Shown one piece after another: positions 53,257 through 63,451 of a stretch of DNA of 64,000 nt. The position numbers were made by a program, and so were the translations under genes. The notes beneath the pieces were generated by a model. The model did no database searches. It saw nothing but the letters and a program-made list of their open reading frames with translations, and was not told where the DNA came from. Position 1 is the stretch's first letter. Each line of letters starts with the position of its first letter. The stretch comes from Nitrospirales bacterium. Its GTDB lineage: Bacteria; Nitrospirota; Nitrospiria; Nitrospirales; UBA8639. The stretch spans positions 3,584,001-3,648,000 of the forward strand of contig OY820905.2 in assembly GCA_963555755.3 (NCBI GenBank), read 5' to 3'.

Positions 53257-55834
53257 CAATGGCATTCGTTTAAGGAATGGGCGGCATTCGTTTAAGGATT
53301 TGGCTCATTCGTTTAAGAAACGGATTCCATGTGCTTAAGGGACTTTCAGATAGAGGCCATCGACCCTGTGGGGTTCTTGGACTGGCTGTTCTTTTTGGGT
53401 GGATGCCACGTGGACTCCGGTTTCATGGATGTTCGAGGATAGGATCGGCCCGGCCTCACCCGTTGGTAGTGACTCACAATGGACTCGAAGGCCCGTTGGA
53501 CGGCGGTCTGCATCCGAGCATGGAGCACGAGCAGATCTTCGAAGCTTCGCGCAAACACGTGAAGGCAATGTTTGAAGTTGGTCTTGAATGTCCGCCTCGC
53601 CCCGGTGCCGGTTCCAACTATGGACGATCCGGGAGGGGCCATGGGCTCAGCTGCGGGGGCTTCGGGATTGAGTGCGTGGTCCGCCCGATTGGCGAACAGC
53701 CGGTTCATGGTGATCAGGACGAAATGCGCGAAGAGCTCTTGTTTGACGCCGCGCTCGGTTTTGGCATGAAACTCCTCGATGAGGAACAGGCGCTTGCTCA
53801 CCTTGTAGAGTTCCTCGATGCCCCAACGGGCATGGTAGAGATCCATGAACTCCTGGAGCGGATACCGCTGCTGGGGGCCGACCAGGGTGGTGCCCAAGCA
53901 AAATCGGCTGCCGGCCATCTCATATTTCAGAAGCCGCAGGCTCAACGGGATGATGGCGAGATCAGGATAGACCGCCCGGATGTCTCGTTGCGTGCGTGCG
54001 GCGGGGAAGAGGGTGACCGTGGTGTCGGTGTCCGGGCCGGCAAAAAACTCTTGAATCTCCTTGAACCCGCTGTCTTGGAGACGAAACACGGCGTGGATCC
54101 CGGCGGTCCAGTGCTGATGCAGCAGGACGTAGGAGAAATAGCCTCGATCGTACACCACGACATCGTTGGGCTTCAGCACAGCCAGGTGCCGCAGGGCGCA
54201 CCGTCGCTCGTTGCCATGCGCGACGAGGTCGAAATCCCAGGGCACTTGCGACGTGAGGTGGTAGAGGCAACTCAGCAACCCTTGAGGATAGTGTGCATTG
54301 TCAGAGGGCAAGGGGTAGCCACACGCCCGCAACGCGCGGGGCAGTGTAAGCTTGGAGCCATCGACGGCAAACACCCGATGGCCCAACCAGGTGTCGTTGG
54401 AGTCGTGTGGGGCATAGGCGTCCAGAATGTTCCGGTTGACGGACTGGAAAATGGCTTCGTCCAGTTTGCGACGTGCGACACAAAAGGACGCCGGCGCGAT
54501 GCTGTGGGGTTGCGGGAGCGCGAGCGCCAGGTTGTCGCAACTGTCCCACAAGTCATCAATGGTGGTGCCGTAACTTTGGGAGTTGGTTGACGACACCAAC
54601 CGAAAGATCAACAGCATCAGGATCAGGGAATCGATCACCCGTTTCCGGACGCGCCACTGGTCATCGTACTGGGCCGCCACGTCGTGGAGGATGTGGACCA
54701 CCTGTTTCCACCAGGCGACAAACCCTTCCCCGACGGACCGTGTGCGACTGGCTCGCACGTCGTTGCGATAGCGTGTCTTCACCGTGACGGCTCGATGCCC
54801 GGCAGTCAGGCACGCGCGCCAGTCGGGTTGGAGCGGATAGAGAAAAATCTCTTTTGTCGTGGGTGGACGGTCCGACGTTGAGCCAAACCGCCCGCGCCCC
54901 TCGGTGTAGCCCACGAAGTGCCAATTGGCCGCTCGATAACAGGTCCCGGCAAACCGGGAGGGATCGATGAACGTTTCAATCAGCACCGGGCGATAACCGT
55001 AGACTTCAACCCAGTCGTCCCCGATCTGCTTGGTGGCCCGCGCCAGCACATGGCTGGCGAGATTCGGCACGTCAATCCACGGAAAGATCAAAAACCGATC
55101 ATTGCGCAACACCAATGGCAGGAGCTTCCTCCGGTGCGTCACGTCCCAGCCAATCCAGTGATCTCTGGGGGCCAGCGCCCAGGCGGCCGAGGCCGAAAAC
55201 AGCAGACAGCCCAGCGGGTACGGCTGGGCGGCCGATCTCACCAGATAGCCCAGCTGGGCCCCGATCGGGTGTTTATAGCCCAAATAATGATAGGTCTGCA
55301 GGTAGACTTTCCAGCTCTCGCGTTCCTCTTTCGAGACCACCCGGTGCAGGGTAATTGGGGCCACGGCGGCGAGGGTGTCGGTGAGTGGCTCGGTGGGGGG
55401 CGGCTCGTGAAACGCAGGGATGGGGTGTCCCGGCGCGCGCTTGTGGCGCGTGGCCGGCAGAGTCACGATCCCGTGCGCTTCCAGCTCGGTCAGCAAGGTC
55501 AAACAGGAATGAATCTTGTTGTGGCCCGTCGGCGTGGTCCAGCTGAGATGCTCACAGACGGTGAGGGCCAATTCCTTCCGACTCAGGTGGGGGAACAGCT
55601 GGACGGTTTCTTGGACCTGCGCCAACTGCTTGCGGGTGAACCGCCGCCCGCTAAAGGTCGTCTTGGGTAAGGTGTCCACAGTCTTCATCGAGGATAGTCT
55701 CTCAGAAGACGGAAAAGAAGTCAAGCGAAAAAGGACACCAGGGCGACTTCGGTTCAGAAGCCCTGATCAATCAACCAGTTCCGCTGATAACAGAGAAGGC
55801 AGATTGTTCGTTCGAACCAAACCGAATGCCATTG
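53257..55834 (-). mobile_element. IS4-family insertion sequence, copy 2, inserted in repeat H
   Basis: Same IRs as copy 1; 10-bp TSD ACCCCCATGG. Confidence 0.93.
53346..55724 (-). CDS. DUF4338-IS4 transposase fusion
   Basis: Differs from copy 1 at KAYLQ/KVYLQ, the only difference noticed. Confidence 0.9.
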   Translation of the reverse strand: MTSFPSSERLSSMKTVDTLPKTTFSGRRFTRKQLAQVQETVQLFPHLSRKELALTVCEHLSWTTPTGHNKIHSCLTLLTELEAHGIVTLPATRHKRAPGHPIPAFHEPPPTEPLTDTLAAVAPITLHRVVSKEERESWKVYLQTYHYLGYKHPIGAQLGYLVRSAAQPYPLGCLLFSASAAWALAPRDHWIGWDVTHRRKLLPLVLRNDRFLIFPWIDVPNLASHVLARATKQIGDDWVEVYGYRPVLIETFIDPSRFAGTCYRAANWHFVGYTEGRGRFGSTSDRPPTTKEIFLYPLQPDWRACLTAGHRAVTVKTRYRNDVRASRTRSVGEGFVAWWKQVVHILHDVAAQYDDQWRVRKRVIDSLILMLLIFRLVSSTNSQSYGTTIDDLWDSCDNLALALPQPHSIAPASFCVARRKLDEAIFQSVNRNILDAYAPHDSNDTWLGHRVFAVDGSKLTLPRALRACGYPLPSDNAHYPQGLLSCLYHLTSQVPWDFDLVAHGNERRCALRHLAVLKPNDVVVYDRGYFSYVLLHQHWTAGIHAVFRLQDSGFKEIQEFFAGPDTDTTVTLFPAARTQRDIRAVYPDLAIIPLSLRLLKYEMAGSRFCLGTTLVGPQQRYPLQEFMDLYHARWGIEELYKVSKRLFLIEEFHAKTERGVKQELFAHFVLITMNRLFANRADHALNPEAPAAEPMAPPGSSIVGTGTGARRTFKTNFKHCLHVFARSFEDLLVLHARMQTAVQRAFESIVSHYQRVRPGRSYPRTSMKPESTWHPPKKNSQSKNPTGSMASI

Positions 55835-55960
55835 ACCCCCATGGGGCCGCGCACGGGCAAAAATGGTTTTGGGTCCTTTTGCCGAAACAAAAGGATCTCG
55901 TCGGCGGGGGCGAAACCCCGCAAAATAATCATTCATAATTTTTTAAAGGAGCCCCACCCC

Positions 55961-56336
55961 ATGAGTCTAAAAGTTTCCGAAGTCGCCTTTGTTGGGTATC
56001 CCGTATCGGAGTATGAAGCGGGCCAAAGATTTTTATGAACGCGTTCTTGGCCTAAAGGTAGGGGAGATTGATGAAGAAATTCCTGTAATGCCCGGAAAGT
56101 ATTGGGTGGAATATGAGGTCGGATCCCAAACATTTGCGATCTCGAATGCGTGGGAACCCTCAGGCCAAAGCGGTCCCTCAATTGCATTCGAAGTCGAAGA
56201 CTTTGAAGAAGCAATGAATCACCTCAAAAAAGAAAGCGTAAAAATTGTGGCTGAATGCATAGAAACCCCAGTCTGCCGTATAGCCCTCATAGAAGACCCC
56301 GACGGCAACGGCATCACCATTCACAAAAGACATTAA
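55961..56336 (+). pseudogene. VOC/glyoxalase protein with a +1 frameshift
   Basis: Paralog of 58157-58531; extra G at ~56011 (TCGGAGTATG vs TCGGATATG). Confidence 0.8.
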
Positions 56337-56343
56337 AAGCTAA

Positions 56344-56394
56344 AGTGCGAGGCGGATGAATAAGAGGGAAAGGGCAATTTATGAAGAAGACTAA
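56344..56394 (+). pseudogene. BrnT-like toxin C-terminal remnant
   Basis: SARRMNKRERAIYEED* overlapping the start of the next gene. Confidence 0.6.
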
Positions 56395-56626
56395 ACCCGA
56401 TGAACTTCGCTCGGAATATTCTCGAGAAGATCTTGGAAAAGGCGTACGGGGGAAATACTTAAATGCCTATCGAGCGGGACATAACCTGGTTCGGTTGAAT
56501 CCAGAAGTTGCAGCAGCCTTTCCTTCTGACGAAGCCGTGAATGAGGCGTTGAGTTCACTCATCAAAGTCGCCCAGCACGCTGGCCTAACAAAGCGCTCAA
56601 ATGGACGCAGCAAATCAAGTCGGTAA
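56381..56626 (+). CDS. BrnA-like antitoxin
   Basis: ELRSEY..GVRGKY..LNPEVAAAFP..AVNEAL. Confidence 0.7.
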   Translation: MKKTKPDELRSEYSREDLGKGVRGKYLNAYRAGHNLVRLNPEVAAAFPSDEAVNEALSSLIKVAQHAGLTKRSNGRSKSSR

Positions 56627-56635
56627 ACAGGTCCC

Positions 56636-57229
56636 ATGAAAAAAGTTTCGCTTTCGAGAAATGATTTATTGGGTTTTGCTGCTGATGACCTTGGATTCTA
56701 CGGTCTTGACGTTAGCCGAATCAGTACAGTCTTTATTGCGCAAAATTTTCAGCTTCAAGCCAATCGAACCATAGACACCATGTCTTTAATGGATGAGGTC
56801 AAATACCTTGAAGGTCTGAGAAACAAGACTTCAACGGAAAAGGAGAAAGCTTTTAAAAAGCTGCCTCTGAAAGGACTTTTCAAGAAGCACTTTATGAGCG
56901 CGGGATTTATTGTGAAAAATATTGGTGCTCATTTCGGTTTTGAATGGGGCGGCAACATTAATCTTGACAATCTGATTGAAGAAGTCTTTTCAAATAACAA
57001 ATCGGGGTACGTTAATGATGCTTTTGTTGGCCAACTTACATATGGCATGGTAACTCAAGCCATTGAGAAGAGAGCCCAAAAAGGATTGACAGGAGAATGG
57101 ATTGTCTTTGGGAAGTTTAAGGGCAAGAACTATTATCTCACTATTGCTGCACATGATGAGGGCGATGAGAACATTTTTAATCGCGTGTGCGATGCGTACG
57201 ATTTCGACTTTCCCTTCCTACGAAACTAA
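56636..57229 (+). CDS. Hypothetical protein (AT-rich)
   Basis: 197-aa ORF, LTGEWIVF..NYYLTIAAH. Confidence 0.75.
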   Translation: MKKVSLSRNDLLGFAADDLGFYGLDVSRISTVFIAQNFQLQANRTIDTMSLMDEVKYLEGLRNKTSTEKEKAFKKLPLKGLFKKHFMSAGFIVKNIGAHFGFEWGGNINLDNLIEEVFSNNKSGYVNDAFVGQLTYGMVTQAIEKRAQKGLTGEWIVFGKFKGKNYYLTIAAHDEGDENIFNRVCDAYDFDFPFLRN

Positions 57230-57463
57230 TCTACCTATCCCCGCCTTGGGCGCGGCGGAGGCGGAGGAACCCGTAGGGCCGCGCACGGGCGAAAATGGTT
57301 TTGGGTCCTTTTGCCGAAACAAAAGAGCCTGTCCCGAGTCTGTCGAGAGGAACCTCGTCGCGCGGGGGCGAAACCCCGCAAACGTTATTTGTGCAGGATT
57401 GTGCGTATCTGTTTACAATGTCATCGAATTTGAGAAATACAGATTTTGTGAGGAGGGATCGTT

Positions 57464-57670
57464 ATGAAATTTACCGTGACGCTCGATCGTGATGAAGACG
57501 GAATGTGGGTAGTGGAATGCCCTTCGATACCTGGTTGCGTGAGCCAGGGGAAGAATGAAGAAGAGGCCTTGGAAAATATCAAAGAAGCCATCCAACTTTG
57601 CCTTGAAGTGCGTGCAGAGCAGGGACTCCCTTTGACAGTAGAGACAAGGGAAGTTGAGGTGACTGCCTGA
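57464..57670 (+). CDS. hicB: HicB-family antitoxin
   Basis: CPSIPGCVSQG..EEALENIKEAI. Confidence 0.9.
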   Translation: MKFTVTLDRDEDGMWVVECPSIPGCVSQGKNEEEALENIKEAIQLCLEVRAEQGLPLTVETREVEVTA

Positions 57671-57901
57671 ATGGCGACCCTACCCACGTTAAGTGGTCGC
57701 GAAATCGTTAAGGTATTCGAGAAGCTTGGCTGGAGAGTTGCCCGTCAGCGTGGTAGCCATATTATCCTGGTCAAGGACGGTCAGGTTGCCACACTTTCTA
57801 TTCCTGATCATAAGGAAGTGGCGAAAGGAACCCTGCGGAGTTTGCTCCGTATGGCTCGACTCACAGCTCAGGATTTCGGGGATGTTCTTCGGGTTCTTTA
57901 A
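57671..57901 (+). CDS. hicA: HicA-family toxin
   Basis: RQRGSH..IPDH..GTLRSLLR. Confidence 0.9.
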   Translation: MATLPTLSGREIVKVFEKLGWRVARQRGSHIILVKDGQVATLSIPDHKEVAKGTLRSLLRMARLTAQDFGDVLRVL

Positions 57902-58156
57902 AGGTTTATTTGTTGAAATAATAAATAGAGGAATTTTGAAGGAATTGGGTTCAGACACAATTAATGGACCTTAGTGAGTCTAGCCAGCCTTTGAATTTTT
58001 TTACGCCTTGGGCGCGGCGGAGGCGGAGGGACCCGGAGGGCCGCGCACGGGCGGAAATGGTTTTGGGTCCTTTTGCCGAAACAAAAGGACCTCGTCGCGC
58101 GGGGACGAAACCCCGCAATATATTCATTCATAAATTTTTAAAAGGAGTTCTACCCC

Positions 58157-58531
58157 ATGAGTCTAAAAGTTTCTGAAGTCGCATTTGTTGGATATCCCGT
58201 ATCGGATATGAAGCGTGCAAAAGATTTTTATGAACGGATTCTCGGTCTTACAGTAGGAGAATATGATTACGAGATTCCCGAAATGCCAGGAAAATACTGG
58301 GTGGAGTATGAAATTGGATCGCAAACGTTTGCCATTTCGAACGCCTGGGAACCCTCTGGTCAAAGCGGTCCATCCATTGCTTTTGAAGTCGAAGACTTTG
58401 AGGAGGCAATGACTCACCTCAAAAACGAAGGCGTAAAAATTGTGACGGAGTGTATCGAAACCCACGTTTGCCGAATAGGGCTCATTGAAGATCCCGATGG
58501 CAACGGAATCACCATTCACAAGAAGCACTAA
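58157..58531 (+). CDS. VOC/glyoxalase-family protein
   Basis: VSDMKRAKDFYE, IAFEVEDF, DPDGN. Confidence 0.9.
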   Translation: MSLKVSEVAFVGYPVSDMKRAKDFYERILGLTVGEYDYEIPEMPGKYWVEYEIGSQTFAISNAWEPSGQSGPSIAFEVEDFEEAMTHLKNEGVKIVTECIETHVCRIGLIEDPDGNGITIHKKH

Positions 58532-58888
58532 GTTTGGATAGTGCTTTCCTTATATTTCAAAAAGATTTAGGGAATCAGTCCTGATTGTTCGAGCCTTGGG
58601 CGCGGCGGAGCCGCAGCACCGAATCGGCCTCTCTGGGGAGCACTGTCTGAGTCCTTCGACAAGGCTCAGGACAGGCTCCGCGAGTTGCGCAGCCATCTTA
58701 TTCGGGGCGGGGGCGGAGGGACCCGGAGGGCCGCGCACGGGCGGAAATGGTTTTGGGTCCTTTTGCCGAAACAAAAGTGCCTCGTCGCGCGGGGACGAAA
58801 CCCCGCAAGATAATATTCTAGAAAACCAATTAGGTTAGGAGAGGAAAAGGATTCGGTATGTCGGACAAACTGCCAAGAACCTGAAAAT

Positions 58889-59599
58889 CTACAGATACTC
58901 TTGCCGAATTTCCACATCGGAGACCATACGCTTGGCCGCTTGAAAGGCTTGCAACGCACGTTGTTTCTTTTGGAACAAAATTTGAAGACGAATCCGTTTG
59001 TGGATACGGTCTTTTTCCACCTCATCCTCCATGCCAGCCGTTTGACGCGTGGCTAACTCCTCCGCTTCCTGTACTTCCGATGGATTGAGCGTAGCGACAT
59101 CTTGGACAATTATTTGCGCATGTTGCGTCTGGAGATCTCTGGTCAGTTGTTGTTCAAAGTCTTTTGGTGAAAACCGATTCGCGGAAAGGCGCCGATGGTA
59201 AAGTCCCGCATCAAACGTTCCGTCTGTTTGAAATTCTTTCCTCTTCCTAATTTCATAGCGGAGGGTATTGGGCGAAATGCCAATGTCCCATTCGTCTGCC
59301 GTCACCAGCCATACTTTTTTGTCGACCATACTTTGGATGACCTGTTGTTTTAATCCTTTCTCGTCCACCAATGCCTGTTTCAGCTCATCCTTATAAAATC
59401 GATACATACGAGTATAGGTCCGACGGAATTCATCAAGACTGACTGTATAGGGCCCGACAATGGCTACGGCATTGGGTTGCTGTGAGCTTTCAAACCCAAA
59501 CCAGCCCATCCCAATCATAAAGGTAACGGCAATGAGGAGGATAATGATCTTGAGCAGCCAGGGGTATTTTGTTGAGCCTTCGCGAATGAGTTTAATCAT
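58889..59599 (-). CDS. SurA N-terminal domain (PpiD-like) protein
   Basis: MIKLIRE..TM..FQTDGTFD..Y; RBS AGGAGA. Confidence 0.8.
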   Translation of the reverse strand: MIKLIREGSTKYPWLLKIIILLIAVTFMIGMGWFGFESSQQPNAVAIVGPYTVSLDEFRRTYTRMYRFYKDELKQALVDEKGLKQQVIQSMVDKKVWLVTADEWDIGISPNTLRYEIRKRKEFQTDGTFDAGLYHRRLSANRFSPKDFEQQLTRDLQTQHAQIIVQDVATLNPSEVQEAEELATRQTAGMEDEVEKDRIHKRIRLQILFQKKQRALQAFQAAKRMVSDVEIRQEYL

Positions 59600-60193
59600 G
59601 CCGTTCTCCTGTTGGGGCTGTTGCAAAAGGCTGCCAGCGGCGTTCTCGGGGCTTTGTCGTCCTCACGTACTCCATGTACGCTGCGGGCGCCAAATCCCCT
59701 GCGGCCTTGCTGGACAGCCTTTTTCAAAAGCCCCATTTCCATCAACCATCGGAGGATGGTGAAAAGGGGGTGACGAATGAGGAAAGTTTTTGAATTATTC
59801 AACGGTTCATTTGTTAAAAGCCTGTTTCGGTGAAGGCATTGTACGCAGGGGGTCGCCTTGAAGCAAGCGGCTTTATATAGGTAAGCTATAAGTAGCTGGT
59901 GGGGCTTTTATGGAGCGGGTGCCACAGGTGTTCAAGGCCGGAAAGCCAAGGGGAAGAATGGACCACAAGGCAGGTGGTTAATCTCGGAGGCGGCGTTTGA
60001 GCATATTCATGCCAAAATTGGAATCGACTGTACTGCTGCGAGAGATCTCAAACCACGCAAACCCCATAATGACTCCGAGTACGGTGCCTAATAGAACGTA
60101 GTTCAACAACATGGCAATTCCTTCACACACGTATTCATATTTCGCAATAATTCCTGTCTACAGATTCTGTCGGAATTTTATGCACAAACTTTA

Positions 60194-60540
60194 GGACCTG
60201 AGAGAAAATACCTTGGACACTATCGCGCCAAGATTTGGGTCAGATTTGGACGGAACGATTGAGAAAAACCCGAGGCATAGCACAGCTATGTGGAGGGTGT
60301 TTCGATTGAGGCCTGTTCAACCTAGAAACAGCAGTTGGATCACAAAAGTCCGCGCAAGCTCTTGGCGCACCTGGCAAAATACAAAAATGTCTTATCACCA
60401 CCGAGGTGACCACGACTTTTTGTATTTCACCATGCACCCCAATACCTTACACGGCTTTTTTGCGCCCAACTGCTGTTTCTAGGTTCAAAGATGGCCCGAA
60501 GATTGGATGCGAGATGGCCAAGTTATTTTCTCTCAGGTCC
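60194..60540. mobile_element. MITE family C with MITE B (60321-60483) nested inside
   Basis: C has TTA TSD; B has TTCAA TSD. Confidence 0.88.
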
Positions 60541-60655
60541 TTAGGGCCGATTGTCCTTTTTGGTACAGAGGGGCCTGGCTACTCCTGTTGGGGCTTTTGG
60601 AGTGAGAAAAGGCGTATTGATCGTTGATTGGGGTCGTTCCAAGTTGATAGATAAT

Positions 60656-61132
60656 ATGAACATTGTGTTTAGAAAGACTCTCGTGAATCAAGTAGTCGTG
60701 CAGGTGCTGGTTTGTAGTGTGGTGGGGTTGATCGCGATTGGAGTGGCTCCCCCGGTTGCCTGGGCTTCGGCAACGTTCAAGGGAAATGAGGCTGTGGCAA
60801 GCAAAACCCAGCGTATCACCGTTCATATTGAGAATCGTCGGTTTATACCTCACCTAATCCGGCTTCGTGTAGGACAACCAATTCGGCTGGTGTTCAAGAA
60901 TGACGATGTGGAGCTACATGCCTTTGTTCCCACGGACTTACTGAAGAAAACCAATGTTCAAGTCGAAGGGAATGGGGCGCCTCAATTCGATAGACAAGGG
61001 TTTCATCGTGTCCTGATTCCATCCCAGGGACAGGCGGAGTTGACATTTTCCCCAAAACACGCAGGCTCCTTCCCATTTTTCTGTGACCTCCCAGGCCACG
61101 TCATGAATGGGACTGTCGTGGTGGAGGAATAA
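60656..61132 (+). CDS. Cupredoxin-domain protein
   Basis: Signal peptide; H..FFCDLPGH..M copper ligands. Confidence 0.85.
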   Translation: MNIVFRKTLVNQVVVQVLVCSVVGLIAIGVAPPVAWASATFKGNEAVASKTQRITVHIENRRFIPHLIRLRVGQPIRLVFKNDDVELHAFVPTDLLKKTNVQVEGNGAPQFDRQGFHRVLIPSQGQAELTFSPKHAGSFPFFCDLPGHVMNGTVVVEE

Positions 61133-61375
61133 ACGGATATGGTACAGTGAGAGAAAGAACGCGTAGTTTATCTCAATAGTGAGAGGCCTGTTAAAAAAGA
61201 ACTTGGACAAGATCGCGTCCAGATTTGGGTCGGATTTGGACGGAACGATTGAGAAAAAGCCGAGGCATAGCACGGCTATGTTGAGGTTTTTTTGATTGAG
61301 GCGCGTTCAAAGATGGCCCGAAGATGGGAGGCGAGATGTCCAAGTTTTTTTTAACAGGCCTTTAGTAGAGGAGAA

Positions 61376-63127
61376 GTGGCCATGAAGTTCAGTGTGAGAA
61401 ATTCTGGTAATCAAAGTAGAGCTATTCCCTATAAAGAATCGCTTTCTTGGTGGTGGATGATCGGAGTGGGAATCGGGTTTTTTATCACCGCCCTGGTTGT
61501 TCTCGGTGTGCAAGGGCAGGCTCGGGCGGCTGAAGGTGTTTCCCCGGAGATAGCACAAGCCTCGGTGCAAGCGGTGCAGCGGTATAGTCAAGCCGTTGCC
61601 GCGAGTGATCAGATTGCGGTAGCGCAAAATGATTTTGTGTGTTTGCTCAAGATGATGGAGTCCGGATCAGTCGTGGCGGGTGGATTCCCGGAATCGTCGG
61701 ATCCGGTGTATGCATGGTGTTGGGATCGATTAGCTCAAGCCCATGCCGAAGTCATTGACCAGCGAGACCGAGCCTTGGATGAATTGTGGCCCGGTGTGGG
61801 TAAGATCGTAAATTATGCCGATTTCAAGCGGTTTCTGATCGCCGAAACTCATACACGCCAACGTGCACCTTCGTTTTTTGTGATGCCACAGATTGGCGAT
61901 ATCGCAGGGTCTCCGGGTTTCTCCCTTGAGGTGGTGAGTACGGGCCCATTGCCTCATGCGTCATTCCAGGTTCAAGGACAGGATCATGTGGTGGCGGTGC
62001 CGACTGTGTTTGTGCGGACGCGGATTGCGTACCCGAATCCCATCACCTCACCGGCCGCGAATGGTGAAGGGCAAATGGACTGGGCGGTTCCCTATAAGAA
62101 GCCCATTCATCCGATCAAAGCCGTTACCGTCAAATGGGTCGTCCTGTCCGGTCTCAAACAGCATGGGTTTCCCACGGATACCGCAGTGTTGAATATTCCA
62201 CTTGAGTCATCCATGGGCACTCTTATTCCCTTTGTGATGGAAGCGGGGGGATTTGAGCAAAAGACCACCGAGTATTGGGGCGCGCAAGAAGCGCAGCAGA
62301 TGCTTGATGAAGGGGTTGAACGAGCCAAAGCGCTGGAATCACGGCGAGACCGCATTGCGATGCTGAATCGTATTCTTGTGGTGAATCCTTCCCATGTGCC
62401 TGCCCTCCAAGCCATCACGCATGAACTCTATGAGGGGCTCCTTGCCTATGCAGCAAGCAATCATGGTCTGGATGTCTCGGGTGATGTGCTCTATCAAGGT
62501 TTCAATGAATTATACTGGACCGTCCAGTCCCAGACGGATCGGATGGACATTTCGATGCACATGGAGATGGGGGGGAAAGCTGAACCGACACCGGCGGATT
62601 ATTTGTACCGGATGATTCCAGCGATGGAGGCGTTGACCGATTTGCAACCTGGTGATTTTGAAACGCGGCTTAAGCTCAGCGCCGCCTATCGGTGGACCAA
62701 TGATGAAGTAACCGCCATCTTGGCCCCTCAGCAATTACTGGCAGAAGTGCCTAATGATCGGACGGAGCTTCGGGCCAGGATTCTCATGGCCCTGGCTTGG
62801 TCTCGAATTAGCAAGGTGGCCTGGAGTCGGCATCTCAATGATCCGGATATTGTCCGAGGTTATGAAGAAGCCGATGAAGCATTCAATTTGGCCAGTGAGC
62901 CATTGGTGAAATTTTCCGCCAGCTATGCGAAGGCCTATAGCCTGGTTTTCCGACCCAAGCCGGATAATGAAGCGATGATCAAGCTATTAACCGAAGCTCG
63001 TCGGTGGTATCAAAAGATTCCAGGGGCTAGCAATCGGTCTTGGGCGTATATGCTGGAAAACGATACACTGAAGGGATATCTCGAAACTGACCCGGCTTTT
63101 CAGTCTCTGTTAGCCTCCAACTCATAA
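61376..63127 (+). CDS. Hypothetical exported protein with C-terminal helical/TPR-like region
   Basis: 583-aa ORF with N-terminal hydrophobic segment. Confidence 0.75.
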   Translation: MAMKFSVRNSGNQSRAIPYKESLSWWWMIGVGIGFFITALVVLGVQGQARAAEGVSPEIAQASVQAVQRYSQAVAASDQIAVAQNDFVCLLKMMESGSVVAGGFPESSDPVYAWCWDRLAQAHAEVIDQRDRALDELWPGVGKIVNYADFKRFLIAETHTRQRAPSFFVMPQIGDIAGSPGFSLEVVSTGPLPHASFQVQGQDHVVAVPTVFVRTRIAYPNPITSPAANGEGQMDWAVPYKKPIHPIKAVTVKWVVLSGLKQHGFPTDTAVLNIPLESSMGTLIPFVMEAGGFEQKTTEYWGAQEAQQMLDEGVERAKALESRRDRIAMLNRILVVNPSHVPALQAITHELYEGLLAYAASNHGLDVSGDVLYQGFNELYWTVQSQTDRMDISMHMEMGGKAEPTPADYLYRMIPAMEALTDLQPGDFETRLKLSAAYRWTNDEVTAILAPQQLLAEVPNDRTELRARILMALAWSRISKVAWSRHLNDPDIVRGYEEADEAFNLASEPLVKFSASYAKAYSLVFRPKPDNEAMIKLLTEARRWYQKIPGASNRSWAYMLENDTLKGYLETDPAFQSLLASNS

Positions 63128-63451
63128 ATTGGGAATGTTGAAAAAAGCCGCCAGCGGCGTTCTCGCCCTTTTGCCGTGCTCACGTACTGAGAGTACGCTC
63201 CGCGCGTCAAAAGGGCTGCGGCCTTGCTGGACGAACTTTTTTGAACATTCCCTCCAACTGATGCTGTCCGTCCTATCATGGGCCTTTATTGGCCATTGAA
63301 GTGAAATATTCAACATTCCCAAATTCCCATCGTTAATTGGTCCCAAGGATTGTGCTTGCATAAAGAGATCGACTCCTTGGGGCCACGTTTTTTCTGAAAC
63401 TCCCCATTCGCAAAACGTTGTGATGTCCCGTGGGATGTCCGGCTAGGAAAC

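Noticed and set aside
52238..58808. Canonical integron
   Set aside because: No intI and no complete attC sites were found.
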